A stretch of DNA of 64,000 bases, from positions 992,001 to 1,056,000 of the forward strand of contig CBDCXM010000009.1 of assembly GCA_965223855.1 (NCBI GenBank), in the 5' to 3' direction. Under the pieces are notes generated by a model. That model made no database searches. It was not told where the DNA came from and saw only the letters and a list, made by a program, of their open reading frames with translations. The stretch is from Candidatus Multivoradales bacterium (lineage in GTDB: Bacteria > Acidobacteriota > Thermoanaerobaculia > Multivoradales > JAHEKO01). Both the position numbers and the translations under genes were made by a program. Shown here piece after piece: positions 38,237 to 48,049 of this stretch (the stretch's first letter is position 1; every line of letters begins with the position of its first letter).

Positions 38237-39496
38237 TCAGTTGACGACGTTCGACCAGGCCTGCGTGTCGCCGGTCTCGAAACCGTCCTGGAAGATCACC
38301 CCGAGGTCGAGGATGCCGAGCACCTGGCTCCCCGGGCCGACGGCGAAGCCCTGTGCGAAGCCGGGCGGGAAGACGATGTTGGCCGGTCCGCCGAGGTCGA
38401 GGAACGGATAGCCGGTGATCTCGGTCACGATCAGCGTGTCCGGGTCGACCTGATAGGAGTTGTCGGCGACGACGTAGACCATGCCGTCGGCGCCGGTCTC
38501 GACGTCGACCCCCTGGAAGCCGAAGAGGCTGCCCGGAGTGATCGGCCCGAGTGGGATGGTGACGTCGCCGGGACCGCCGTAGACGATCCGCTCCAGCTCG
38601 AGCATCCCGTCGCGCTGAACCACCGCCCAGACGGGCTCCGAGCCGCCCACCAGGCTGCGACGCAACGGCAGGTCGGCTTCCATCTCGCCGGAGCCGTTCG
38701 CGAAGTTACTCGGCAGGTAGGAGCCGTCGAGCTCCAGGGTGTTCGCGGTTCCGATCAGCAGGTAGCGGTTCAGGTCGATGTTCTCGACGGCAAGACCGAG
38801 AGCGGCTTCGGCTTCGAAGCTGCCGATGACGAACATGCTCATTCGGGTTTCGCCGAACGCGGTGGCGCCGCCGTCGAAGGGAGAGACGGGAGTTCCGCCA
38901 AGCTCGAAGGAGTCGATCGCCACCAGGAAGTCGAAGATTCCGGGGCCGCTTTCCTGCGTCGTCGCTCCCCCCGGCAGGTCGCGCTGGAAGAAGTCGTAGC
39001 GCGCCGCCGAGTCGTTGAGCGCCAGCACGAAAATGCCGTCCTGGCTGATGAAGCAGTCGCTGCTGTGAAAGTCGCCCGCCGCGGTGGCGTCGATGCGCCC
39101 GGTCGTCCACGAGCCGTTCTCGAGCTCGGCGACGAAGACGTCGAAGTTGCCGGCGTTGAACTTCACGTACGGCACGACCGCACGGTTCTCGCCGATGACG
39201 CAGATGTCGCCGACCCCGAAGAGTGGGCCGACGTCGATGTCGGGGGTGAACGTGACGCCGCTGCCGTCGTAGGGCGCCGGCACCCGGAACGCCCCGAGGT
39301 GGTTCATGTTGACGCCGGTGCTCCACAACGTGAACACGAGCAGGTCCGGATCGTCGGCGCCGTGTCCCAGAGCAGCCACACGGTTCTCGAGCGGCGTGAT
39401 CGTGGTGCTGAGCGTCACCTCCGACCACTCCGCGGCGCTCGTGACCTGGGTCGCCGCCAGCAGAGCCGCGAGGGAGACCACTGCGCGAGTTCTCAT
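38237..39496 (-). CDS. secreted beta-rich protein with C-terminal IFQDGFETGD tag
   Basis: Signal peptide, terminal VIFQDGFETGDTQAWSNVVN. Confidence 0.8.
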   Translation of the reverse strand: MRTRAVVSLAALLAATQVTSAAEWSEVTLSTTITPLENRVAALGHGADDPDLLVFTLWSTGVNMNHLGAFRVPAPYDGSGVTFTPDIDVGPLFGVGDICVIGENRAVVPYVKFNAGNFDVFVAELENGSWTTGRIDATAAGDFHSSDCFISQDGIFVLALNDSAARYDFFQRDLPGGATTQESGPGIFDFLVAIDSFELGGTPVSPFDGGATAFGETRMSMFVIGSFEAEAALGLAVENIDLNRYLLIGTANTLELDGSYLPSNFANGSGEMEADLPLRRSLVGGSEPVWAVVQRDGMLELERIVYGGPGDVTIPLGPITPGSLFGFQGVDVETGADGMVYVVADNSYQVDPDTLIVTEITGYPFLDLGGPANIVFPPGFAQGFAVGPGSQVLGILDLGVIFQDGFETGDTQAWSNVVN

Positions 39497-39705
39497 GGGG
39501 AGAGTCGATGCTAGCGCCGCGGAGCCGTCTGCTCAACCTTCACGACACCCGCCGTGGGTCGGGGCCGACTTCCTGCCCTGCGGGCGTCGGGTCCCCGAGC
39601 CCATCTAGAATGTGCCGACTTGACACTGATGAAGTTCATCTTCCGCCGGCTCGCGATCCCTCCTCAGGTGGATCCACGAGGGCCGGTTGCCATGAAGGGA
39701 ATGCC

Positions 39706-40320
39706 ATGTCACGACAGCGCTCTCGCTTCGACTTCCTGTGCCTGCTGCTGATCGCGGCGGCTTTTCCGCCTGCGGCGGCGACCGCTGGTGAGGAAGCAGC
39801 AGCCGAGCCTCCCCCGGAGGCGATGCCGGCGATCGTCCTCGACGGCGGGGAAGGCGAGTCGATCCCCTTCCCGCTCCATCCGACGCTGCGCCTCGCCGGC
39901 CCTGAGTCTCACCTCGCCGGCATGAGCTTTTTCGAGCTCCACGTCGCTGCCGGTGCCGCCGGTGCGCCACCCCACTCCCACGCCAACGAAGACGAGTTCT
40001 TCTACGTCCGCGAGGGCAGCGTGACCTTCATGGCAGGCGACGAAACCCGGACCGTCGGCCCCGGCGGCTTCGCCCTGCTGCCGCGTGACGGCTGGCACGC
40101 CTTCTGGAACGCCGGCGAGAGCGACGCCTACCTCCTGGTGGGCACGTCGGCGGGCACCTTCGGCGACTTCTTCGACGCCGTCGCGATCGCCGCCCGCGAA
40201 GCCGGCGCGACCACGCCTCAGGAACTCGGCGCGATCCTCGGCCGGGTGAGCGGCGAGCGCGGCATCGAGATCGACATGAGCAGGGTGCCGGACGACGTCA
40301 AGTCGCTCTACGGGATGTAG
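39706..40320 (+). CDS. cupin-domain protein (exported)
   Basis: PPHSHANEDEFFYVREG..PRDGWHAFWN; signal peptide. Confidence 0.88.
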   Translation: MSRQRSRFDFLCLLLIAAAFPPAAATAGEEAAAEPPPEAMPAIVLDGGEGESIPFPLHPTLRLAGPESHLAGMSFFELHVAAGAAGAPPHSHANEDEFFYVREGSVTFMAGDETRTVGPGGFALLPRDGWHAFWNAGESDAYLLVGTSAGTFGDFFDAVAIAAREAGATTPQELGAILGRVSGERGIEIDMSRVPDDVKSLYGM

Positions 40321-40323
40321 GCG

Positions 40324-42243
40324 GTGCCGGTGACCGTGTGCGATCCTCTCCCTTGCGCCGATAGGTTCGACTCGAGCGAGCCTCGGGTACGTCCGCCGAG
40401 GCATGGACTCCGGCCGGTCCTCCTCGGGGTAGTGGCGCTCGCCGTCTCAGCGACCGCCTGGACGCAGGAAGCAGAGAACGAGACGCGCGGCTCCCGGAGG
40501 ATCGAGGTCCGGACCGCCGGCGGCGACAGCGTCGCCAACTACCTCGCGAGCCATTCGCTCCTGATCGGCGCCAGTGACTACGAGCGGGGGTGGGACGACC
40601 TCGACAGCGTCCCCGACGAGCTCGAACGGGTGCGGCGCAAGCTCGTCGAACACGACTTCGAGGTCCGTGTGGTGCTCGACCCCGATTCACGCGAGCTCGA
40701 GGACGCGTTCGAAGAGTTCCTCGACGACTACGGTTTCGACGAAGGTAACCGGCTGCTGATCTATTTCGCCGGCCACGGCTATACCCGGAAGACCGATCAG
40801 GGCTTGCGCGGCTACCTCGTTCCGGTGGACGCACCCGATCCCGACAGAGACAAGCGAGGATTCCTGCGCTCCGCGTTCTCGATGAGCAGGGTCGAGCTCT
40901 GGGCTCGCAGGGCGGAGGTTCGCCACCTGCTGGTGCTCTTCGACAGCTGCTTCTCAGGGACGATCCTGAGGACGCGGTCACGCCGGCCGCAACCGCCGCC
41001 GCACATCACCGCCAAGACCGGCAAAAAGGCGCGCCAGTTCATCACCGCCGGGAGCGCCGACGAGCCGGTCCCGGCGGAGAGCTACTTCGCTCCCGCCTTC
41101 ATCCGCGCTCTCGACGGCGCCGGCGATCTCAACGACGACGGCTACGTCACCGGCCTCGAGCTGGCCTCCTACCTTCACGACCATTTGGTGGACGCCAACG
41201 TCGGGCAGACCCCGCAGTTCGGGATCGTCTCGTTCCCCCGTCTGGACGATGGCGACTTCGTGTTCGAGCTTCCCGCGAGGGAGCCCTCGGAACTCGCCAT
41301 CGCAGAACCTCCCGAGGTACCGCGGACCTCTTTCTCCGATCTCCAGGAACTCGCCTCCCGACGCCGTCGCTGGGGTGCGTTTCAGGAGGGCATGAGCGAG
41401 GCCTACTCGAGCGTAGAGAACCTCGACGCGATGAAGGAGTTGACGCCTGCCGAGAAGGTCGAGGCCTGGACCCGGTTTCTGTCGGACTTCGAAGCGGACA
41501 ACCCGCTTTCCGAAGAGGACGATCAGCAGCGCTTCGAGGCTCGCCAGCGGATCGTCTTCTGGGATGCCACCCAGGCCGCCGAACAGAACCGCGAGCGGCT
41601 GGGCGAGTTGGTCGACATGAAGGGACGGCTGGACTACCTGAGAGCCTCACGCGCGGAGAAGCTGGACCTTACAGCAGCCTTCAGTTCGCAGGATGCCACT
41701 CGAAGGTTGCTGGATGCAGAGATCGAGGTCCTCGAGCAGCAGATCCTGGAGGCGAGCGACAGGTTCCTCACGGAGGTCGTCGACTTCCTCAACCAGGACC
41801 CTCCCGTCGTAGGAGAGCCGTTGACCGAAACCCAGCGGGTGGCCGTGAGGCTCAAGAGTTCCGAAGACATGATCCTCGCCCGCGAGTGGATCGAGCTGGG
41901 TGGCGACTATCAGCGGGCGATCGCCATCTACGAGAACGCGCTGGCGCTCGATCCCGACAACGAGGAGCTCCAGGCCGCGCTCGCCGAGGCCCAGCGCCTG
42001 CGCTACATGTCCGCCGAGCGCTTCGAGGCGGTCAGAAAGGGGATGACCACCGCGGAGGTGCGAGCGGTGCTGGGTACTCCGCTGATCCACAACGTCAAGA
42101 CCTACGAAGACCGGGGAGTCACCGCCTGGTTCTACCTGACGGCTGAGAGTGGCAGTGCCGCCGCGGTCTGGTTCCGGGGCTTGAGCGAGGATCAGATGGA
42201 GGTCTATCTTGCGACCTACGACGCGGTCCCGGCTCGCGAGTAG
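40324..42243 (+). CDS. caspase-family (peptidase C14) protein with TPR and SmpA/BamE-like C-terminus
   Basis: YFAGHG and FDSCFSG catalytic dyad, DLNDDGYVT, TPR (ENALALDPDN), KGMTTAEVRAVLGTP; N-terminal signal-like segment; exact start uncertain. Confidence 0.85.
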   Translation: MPVTVCDPLPCADRFDSSEPRVRPPRHGLRPVLLGVVALAVSATAWTQEAENETRGSRRIEVRTAGGDSVANYLASHSLLIGASDYERGWDDLDSVPDELERVRRKLVEHDFEVRVVLDPDSRELEDAFEEFLDDYGFDEGNRLLIYFAGHGYTRKTDQGLRGYLVPVDAPDPDRDKRGFLRSAFSMSRVELWARRAEVRHLLVLFDSCFSGTILRTRSRRPQPPPHITAKTGKKARQFITAGSADEPVPAESYFAPAFIRALDGAGDLNDDGYVTGLELASYLHDHLVDANVGQTPQFGIVSFPRLDDGDFVFELPAREPSELAIAEPPEVPRTSFSDLQELASRRRRWGAFQEGMSEAYSSVENLDAMKELTPAEKVEAWTRFLSDFEADNPLSEEDDQQRFEARQRIVFWDATQAAEQNRERLGELVDMKGRLDYLRASRAEKLDLTAAFSSQDATRRLLDAEIEVLEQQILEASDRFLTEVVDFLNQDPPVVGEPLTETQRVAVRLKSSEDMILAREWIELGGDYQRAIAIYENALALDPDNEELQAALAEAQRLRYMSAERFEAVRKGMTTAEVRAVLGTPLIHNVKTYEDRGVTAWFYLTAESGSAAAVWFRGLSEDQMEVYLATYDAVPARE

Positions 42244-42267
42244 GTGAGCAAGTGCCTTGCTGGCCCG

Positions 42268-44415
42268 TCAGGGGTCGAGGACCAGACAGCTCAGCAGGTT
42301 CTCCGCGTCGTACCGCCACGAGCCCTGACCGAAGGTCGAGACGTAAAGGAAGCGGCTCTCGAGCGGGTCGATCTCGATATCGGGAATGGCGGTGAAACGC
42401 AGCGGTAGCGCACCGGTGAGGGAGCGGAAGCTCGCGCCGCTGTCCTCACTGATCTCGACCCCCCCGCCGTGCATGCCGCGGTGGCCGGCGTAGCCGTGAG
42501 CGACATAGATCCGCCATGGGCAACTCGGGTCGGCTTCGACGTCGCTGACGGTGCGGCCCGGCGCGCCGTGGACCCGCACGAAGTCGCCGCGACCGACCTT
42601 GCGGTAGAGGCCGTCGGTGGTGGCCGCGAACACGGTCAGAGGCGACTGGCCGCTCGCCGGCACGACTTCGATCTTGAAGACGACCGCCGGCGGTGCCTGC
42701 TGAAGCCCGAACGGCCGGAAGTTCGCCCCGCCGTCGCTCGAATAGAAGATGCCACCGCCGGCGGTGCCGACCAGCAGCTCCCTGGTGAAGACGAGCTGGC
42801 CGGGAGGGAGGAAGGCCACCGACACCGCACCCGCTCCCAGCGAAGGACTCGAGCTCCAGATGCGGCCGCCGTCGCTACTCACGGAGACCGTGTCGCCGGT
42901 GGCGAAGGCCACCAGGTCGGGGTCTGTCGGATAGATGGCGATCGACGCCGGGGTCCAAACTGCAGGGGCCTCGAGACGGCTGGCGCGGTGAATCGCCGGC
43001 TGGATCCGAGGCCGCACCGTCGACCAGACGACGTCTTCGCACACGGCCGCCGATCGTGCGTTGAACGTCCGCCCGAGTACTTCTCCGTCACAACTGCGGA
43101 CGTAACCGTGGTCCGGATCGCTGGGTGCGATCGCCAGCGCGAAATTGTCGCCGCAACCGGTGCCGTCCTGAATCGCCTCCCAGTTGAGGCCGAGATTGTC
43201 GGAACACAGCAGGCCGTTGTCCTGTGAGCCACTGAAGAGGCGCCGTTTGTAGCCCGGCTGGGAGATGCCGGCGAGCGTCGTGACGTACGGCTGCCAGGTC
43301 GAGAGGCCGGGAGTGACGAAGACGAACGGGTTGGTCGGCGCCTGCCCGGGGATGAAGTCGAAGGTGCCGAAGACCCCGGCGGTGCCGATCGTGTGACCGT
43401 CGGTGGCGAACCACAGCTTGCGACGCGGCTCGTCCCAGTAGATGCCCCGCACATCCGGGTGCAGCTCGTCGGCCCAGACGCTCGACCAGGTCTCGCCGCC
43501 GTCGGTCGTCTGGTAGCCGATCACCGCTCCGAGAATCAACTGATGCTCGCTCGGCGCGATCAGGGTGCGCGGCGCCCACGAAGCCGTCGGCAGCGCTCCG
43601 TCCGTGGCGCACCACGGCTCCCCGCCGTCGCTCGTCACGACCCGCGTCGGCGACTCGAGAACCGCGGCGAGCCGATGCGCGGTGCCACGCCAGGTGAGCT
43701 CGACGACGCGACCGTGCTCCGGCAACCCGTCCGACATCGGCTCCCAGCTCGTGCACGGATCGGTGTCCCACCAGGAGCAGCGGGTGCGGTAGATCCGGTT
43801 GCCGTAGGTCGCCTCGGCGAGCGCGATGTAGACGCGCCCCGACACGTCGTCGGCGGCGATGGCGGAGACACAGTTGTCCGGATTCGACGTGCCGCCGGTG
43901 AAAGGAAAGTGCTGCACGAACTTCGCCCCGTCGAGCGAGTAGAAGAGCCCCGAGCACGGCTTGGCCCACAGCACCACCTGACCCTCCGCCCCGGCCAGAT
44001 GGGCGAACCCCTTGTACTCGCCGCCCGAGGTCAGCGGCGCCGGCGAGCGCGTGCCCGTGAGATTCGACCAGGTGCCGCCGAAATCGATCGAAGCATAGAG
44101 GTCGCTTCGCGTGGAGGCGTAGATCCGCTCGCCGTGGGTGCGGTCCCATGCGAGGTGTCGGACGTGGAAGTCCTCGAGCCCGAGGTTGCGGGCGAGAGCC
44201 CAGCCGGAGGTCGTGGAGGTCGAGACCCAGACACCGCCGCCTGAAGCCCCCGCCATCCTGTAGAGGGGATTCGTCGGGTGCACCAGAACTGCGTTGATGC
44301 GCCCCGGAAGTTCGGGGCCGAGCGGGATCCAGCCGGCAAGCAGCGAGGTCGAGCAGGCCGCGATCGCCAGACAGACGAGAAGCAGGGTCGTCGAAGCGCG
44401 ATTCGAGTCGGTCAT
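42268..44415 (-). CDS. secreted BNR/Asp-box (VPS10/xyloglucanase-like) beta-propeller protein
   Basis: GRINAV..HP, GGVW, repeated S/TxDGGxTW boxes. Confidence 0.8.
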   Translation of the reverse strand: MTDSNRASTTLLLVCLAIAACSTSLLAGWIPLGPELPGRINAVLVHPTNPLYRMAGASGGGVWVSTSTTSGWALARNLGLEDFHVRHLAWDRTHGERIYASTRSDLYASIDFGGTWSNLTGTRSPAPLTSGGEYKGFAHLAGAEGQVVLWAKPCSGLFYSLDGAKFVQHFPFTGGTSNPDNCVSAIAADDVSGRVYIALAEATYGNRIYRTRCSWWDTDPCTSWEPMSDGLPEHGRVVELTWRGTAHRLAAVLESPTRVVTSDGGEPWCATDGALPTASWAPRTLIAPSEHQLILGAVIGYQTTDGGETWSSVWADELHPDVRGIYWDEPRRKLWFATDGHTIGTAGVFGTFDFIPGQAPTNPFVFVTPGLSTWQPYVTTLAGISQPGYKRRLFSGSQDNGLLCSDNLGLNWEAIQDGTGCGDNFALAIAPSDPDHGYVRSCDGEVLGRTFNARSAAVCEDVVWSTVRPRIQPAIHRASRLEAPAVWTPASIAIYPTDPDLVAFATGDTVSVSSDGGRIWSSSPSLGAGAVSVAFLPPGQLVFTRELLVGTAGGGIFYSSDGGANFRPFGLQQAPPAVVFKIEVVPASGQSPLTVFAATTDGLYRKVGRGDFVRVHGAPGRTVSDVEADPSCPWRIYVAHGYAGHRGMHGGGVEISEDSGASFRSLTGALPLRFTAIPDIEIDPLESRFLYVSTFGQGSWRYDAENLLSCLVLDP

Positions 44416-44615
44416 GGGTGTCTCCCTGGAGCGGTAGGCGTCAGCGGGTGGCCGACGAAGCTGTCGGGCTCAGGTGCGTTAGCCGGATGAGCCTACGAGT
44501 ATGGGCGTTGCCCTTCTCTCTTGATTACGCCGTGAGTGCGGGGAAACCGCCACGCCTCCTCATCACTGCGAGGCAGGCGGGCGAAGCTCCGCTGCAGCTG
44601 CAAGCGCGGGCGAAC

Positions 44616-45068
44616 TCAGGTGCCGGCTTCCGGCAGGACGTAGGTTCCCTGGCCGGTCGCACAGGGCTCGCCCTCGTTGTCGTCCGTCCACACCGTGACC
44701 GTACCGATCACCGTCCGCCGCGTCGCTCGATTGAGCTCCGCCCTGGCGTAGACCGCGTCGCCCACCGCCGGCCGGAGGAAGCGGATCGACAGGTCCGAAG
44801 TCAGCGCCAGCGGCTCGATACGACCGCCGGCGCCGAAGGCGAGGTACCACAGCGCGGCATCGGCGGCGGCAAAGAGCGTCGGTCCGGAGATGTAGCCCCC
44901 TGGCCGTATCGCATCGGCACCGGGGCGCAGCTGTGCAGTAGCCCTCGTCGGGCCGATGTCGATGCAGGTGCATCGGGCGTTGGGCCACGCGTGATCGATG
45001 GCGGCGTTGACTTCGGCGGGGTTCGGCACCTGGTGACTCACGGGTTGATCATTGCCGATCTCGGTCAC
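44616..45068 (-). CDS. PaaI-family thioesterase (hotdog fold)
   Basis: RPGGYISGPTLFAAADAA..ALTSDLSIRFLRP. Confidence 0.88.
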   Translation of the reverse strand: MTEIGNDQPVSHQVPNPAEVNAAIDHAWPNARCTCIDIGPTRATAQLRPGADAIRPGGYISGPTLFAAADAALWYLAFGAGGRIEPLALTSDLSIRFLRPAVGDAVYARAELNRATRRTVIGTVTVWTDDNEGEPCATGQGTYVLPEAGT

Positions 45069-45124
45069 TCGGAGTACATGTGGATGCTACGGCATTTGAA
45101 TGAGTTCTCTCCTGAAGGAGAGCG

Positions 45125-45280
45125 GTGCCGTCGCCAGTCGCTCGCCTGCTCGAACTCGAGGACATCGACCGCGACGCCGTCCGGGCGGCGTTCGAGCGCC
45201 ACGGAATGCTACGGTACTGGCGTGAACTCGAAGGCCTCGCCGGCTCTGGAGACTCTGGAAGCGGACCTGCCGACGACTGA
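45125..45280 (+). pseudogene. 51-codon ORF resembling the C-terminal remnant of a nucleotidyltransferase
   Basis: AAGGAG RBS and GTG; VARLLELEDIDRDAVRAAFERHGMLRYWREL; not in the ORF track (<60 aa). Confidence 0.35.
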
Positions 45281-45428
45281 AGCCGACAGCCGCCGGCTTG
45301 CCGAGCTGCGCCGTCGCCGTCCGGCCAACCCGTTCGACGAACTCGAAGCCCTTCTGCGAGCCCTCCCTCCCGAGGCGCGGCGGCAATCGCACGCGACCTC
45401 GGAGGGGTGGCCCGAGTTCGAGCTATAG
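45222..45428 (+). CDS. small hypothetical protein (antitoxin-like)
   Basis: GTG start, 68 aa, LPTTEAD..LAELR..TSEGWPEFEL. Confidence 0.5.
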   Translation: MNSKASPALETLEADLPTTEADSRRLAELRRRRPANPFDELEALLRALPPEARRQSHATSEGWPEFEL

Positions 45429-45540
45429 GGTCAGGAGGGGCTGCGCCGGCTCGCCGGCCGGCTGAAAGGGCCTGAAGGGATCGATCTCCGAACGCGAGCA
45501 GCAGCGCGCCGGAGCATCTGCTCTCTTCGGCAGGCAACCC

Positions 45541-46011
45541 CTACCGCTTCGGCTGTGCCTGCGAGATGAGGTGACTCACGATCACCCACCGCCCATCGCG
45601 CCGCTCGAGAACCCGGAGGTGGTTCACGTGCCGGTCCGGCATCGGGTCGCCGCTCCTGAGCAACTGACCCTTCCGGACGAGCTTGCTGCGAATCAGCGCC
45701 GTGTCGTCGTCGAGGAAGGTGACGTCCTCGAACTCGTTGGTGCCTGAAGTTCCCGCCATGACGAAGTCGAGCGAGAAGATGTGCCCGAGGCCCTGGCGGA
45801 GGGCCTCGATGCCCTGGAACCGATCGCCGAACGCGTTGGTCCAGTCGACGTCACTGGCGTAGTCCTGCACCGCCAGCTCGACGTTCTTCTCGGCCCACCC
45901 CTGCTCCCACGAAGCGAGAACTGCGAGGACCTCGGAAGGGTCGGGTTCCGGCTGCGCAACGGAAGCCAGAGGGACGAGTAGCACGATCAGCCAGACCGAA
46001 CGGACCAACAT
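45541..46011 (-). CDS. NTF2-like (SgcJ/DUF4440) secreted protein
   Basis: GGAGG RBS, signal peptide, YASDVDWTNAFG..G, VLERRDGRWVIVSH. Confidence 0.85.
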   Translation of the reverse strand: MLVRSVWLIVLLVPLASVAQPEPDPSEVLAVLASWEQGWAEKNVELAVQDYASDVDWTNAFGDRFQGIEALRQGLGHIFSLDFVMAGTSGTNEFEDVTFLDDDTALIRSKLVRKGQLLRSGDPMPDRHVNHLRVLERRDGRWVIVSHLISQAQPKR

Positions 46012-46157
46012 GGAGCACCTCCGGTTGTCGAAGAGTGAACCTCTGCCGCAGGATACCTGGTCCACCTCGGATGCCCGGTTCGAGAGCCAGGGCGATCGGA
46101 CCTCGGCTCCACGCCCTGGGCCTGCCTGCGCAGGTCGAGCAAAGGCCGGCGCTCTCC

Positions 46158-47075
46158 TCAGGGCCCCTCCTTCCACAGCGGGCAGGGATTGTTGAACTCC
46201 GAGAGCATCATCCACTTGATCGTCGTGATCGTCGGCTTCTGGCTGTTGTAGTTCTTGACGTACGTCTTCCGCGAACCGCTGACGATCTCCAGCGTGTAGA
46301 AATCGTTGGTCTCGTCCTCGAAGCACAGCACCAGGTTGTAGATCCCCAACGGACCGCTGCCCTGGGCGTCGACATAGAGCGTGTAGCGGTAGATCCAGGG
46401 ATGGGTGTTCTCCACCAGCCGGATGCTGAACACCTTCGGCGCGGGACCGCCCAGCGGTGGCTCCTTGGAGTGGATGCACTGGCTCAGATCGCGGCTGCCG
46501 CCGATCGTGACCTGCGAGTTGACCGCGAGCTTGCCCCGCATGGCGACGCAGTAGGCCCCCTCCGGAATGCCGCACTTGCCGACGAACGGCGAGCCCGGAT
46601 ACGACGGCTCGAGCGTCGCCGGCGCCCAGAAGGCGATCCCGCGCTGGACGAAGCCCGGCGGCGGATCCTCGTAGCTCGTGTAAAAGAAGAGCTGCGAGCG
46701 GTTCGGATCGTCGGCGAAGCTTATGTACTCGTAGACCGCGACCGCGCCTTCGGCTTGCTCCGGATAGGCGTAGAAGGCGAGGTCTCCCCCGCTGAAGCCG
46801 GGCGGCGGGGTTGCGCTGCGGGTGAACCGGTAGACCGGCGTGCCGGTCGAATCCGACATCGGCTTCGAATGGACGAAGATCGGCGCGGTACCGGGGCCCT
46901 CGCCCGGCTTGAAGACCCCGAAGCCGAGCTGCTTGCCGCGCTGGAAGTAAGGCGGCACATCGGACCCGGTCGAGTAGTAGTAGACCGTCGACTGCTGCGG
47001 ATCGTGGGCGTGCATCGTGTACTCGTAAAGCGGCTCCGGCTGGAACAGCGCCTCGGCCATGGACTTGTCGCACAT
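46158..47075 (-). CDS. hypothetical protein (Tyr/Pro-rich, beta)
   Basis: GGAGAG RBS, strong coding-type codon bias. Confidence 0.7.
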   Translation of the reverse strand: MCDKSMAEALFQPEPLYEYTMHAHDPQQSTVYYYSTGSDVPPYFQRGKQLGFGVFKPGEGPGTAPIFVHSKPMSDSTGTPVYRFTRSATPPPGFSGGDLAFYAYPEQAEGAVAVYEYISFADDPNRSQLFFYTSYEDPPPGFVQRGIAFWAPATLEPSYPGSPFVGKCGIPEGAYCVAMRGKLAVNSQVTIGGSRDLSQCIHSKEPPLGGPAPKVFSIRLVENTHPWIYRYTLYVDAQGSGPLGIYNLVLCFEDETNDFYTLEIVSGSRKTYVKNYNSQKPTITTIKWMMLSEFNNPCPLWKEGP

Positions 47076-47271
47076 CAGGCTCTCCCCGGGTTGCTGCGGC
47101 AGATGCCGGCGGGATCTCCCCGCTTGCCCCGGCTCGCTGCCGCTTCGAGTTGTAGAAGGCTTCCGGCAGGGACGCTAGCACGCAGGAAGCGGCAGTGAGG
47201 CAAGGGTCCCGGGCAACCGCAGGTTCGTCGATACAGTCGCCTGTCTGAGAAGCGGGAGGTGGGTCGTTGGT

Positions 47272-47649
47272 CTAGGTTCTCTGGACCACCGCGCGGATCC
47301 AGGTGTCCAGCCGCGCCATGTCGAGTGTGCCGGCTTCCAGCTCGCCGACGAGGAACGCATGCGCCTCCGGCCCGTCGACCTCGAAGCGCCAGCCGTTGAG
47401 TCGCAGGAAGACGTCGGTGGCGAAGAAGGCGACCCGCTTGTTGCCGTCGACGAACGGGTGGTTCATCAGCTGCGATTCGAAGAGCGCCGCCGCCATCTGC
47501 ACCAGGTCGGCGTAGTAGCCGGTCTGGGGCCGATAGAGCGCGCTCTCCAGGAGGCCGTAGTCGCGTACCCCGGCCGCGCCGCCGAACGCCTCCAGCAGCC
47601 GCTCGTGGATCGCCAGCGCCTCGTCGACCGAGAGGAACGCGACCGTCAC
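47272..47649 (-). CDS. doc: Doc (death-on-curing) Fic-family toxin
   Basis: GVRDYGLLESALYRP, NHPFVDGNKRVAF; GTGA overlap with the antitoxin. Confidence 0.9.
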   Translation of the reverse strand: MTVAFLSVDEALAIHERLLEAFGGAAGVRDYGLLESALYRPQTGYYADLVQMAAALFESQLMNHPFVDGNKRVAFFATDVFLRLNGWRFEVDGPEAHAFLVGELEAGTLDMARLDTWIRAVVQRT

Positions 47650-47855
47650 TGGGCCAGCAGCCGCCCGAGCTCCTCGTTCGCCTCGATCGACGCCTCGAGG
47701 TGCTCGAGAACCTTGGGCCGGACGCGCCGCCGCCGCACGTAGTCGCGAATCGCCTCCGTCAACAGGCCGGAGATGCTCTGGTGCGACTCGGCGGCCAGCG
47801 CCTTGAGGTCGCGCCACGCCTGCTCGTCGACTTTCGAGCTGACCTTGATCGCCAT
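47646..47855 (-). CDS. ribbon-helix-helix antitoxin
   Basis: IKVSSKVD..LKALA..ISGLLTEAIRDY; C-terminal ELGRLLA. Confidence 0.8.
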   Translation of the reverse strand: MAIKVSSKVDEQAWRDLKALAAESHQSISGLLTEAIRDYVRRRRVRPKVLEHLEASIEANEELGRLLAQ

Positions 47856-47861
47856 GTCAGG

Positions 47862-47891
47862 ATTCTAGGTTGACATGTCAAGAATCGTCAA
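47862..47891 (-). promoter_or_regulatory. sigma70 promoter with operator palindrome for the RHH-Doc operon
   Basis: TTGACG (47891-47886), 18-bp spacer, TAGAAT (47867-47862); perfect TTGACATGTCAA palindrome at 47870-47881; ATG 6 nt after the -10. Confidence 0.75.
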
Positions 47892-48049
47892 GCACTCGAC
47901 CTGCGAGCTCGGCGGTGTCCGCCAGCGTCGGATGAAGGGGCCACTCGAACGCAGTCCAGCTCGCTTCTATGTCGCCACCGCCGCCGCTTCTGCTCCGGGC
48001 CGTTCAGGGCGTCCGAAACGCGGCCTGCGACGCCGCTACTCGACCCCGG

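Noticed and set aside
45541-47181. 546-aa ORF from the track
   Set aside because: Only 46011-45541 is a credible gene; the rest is an alternative frame of the 46158-47075 gene
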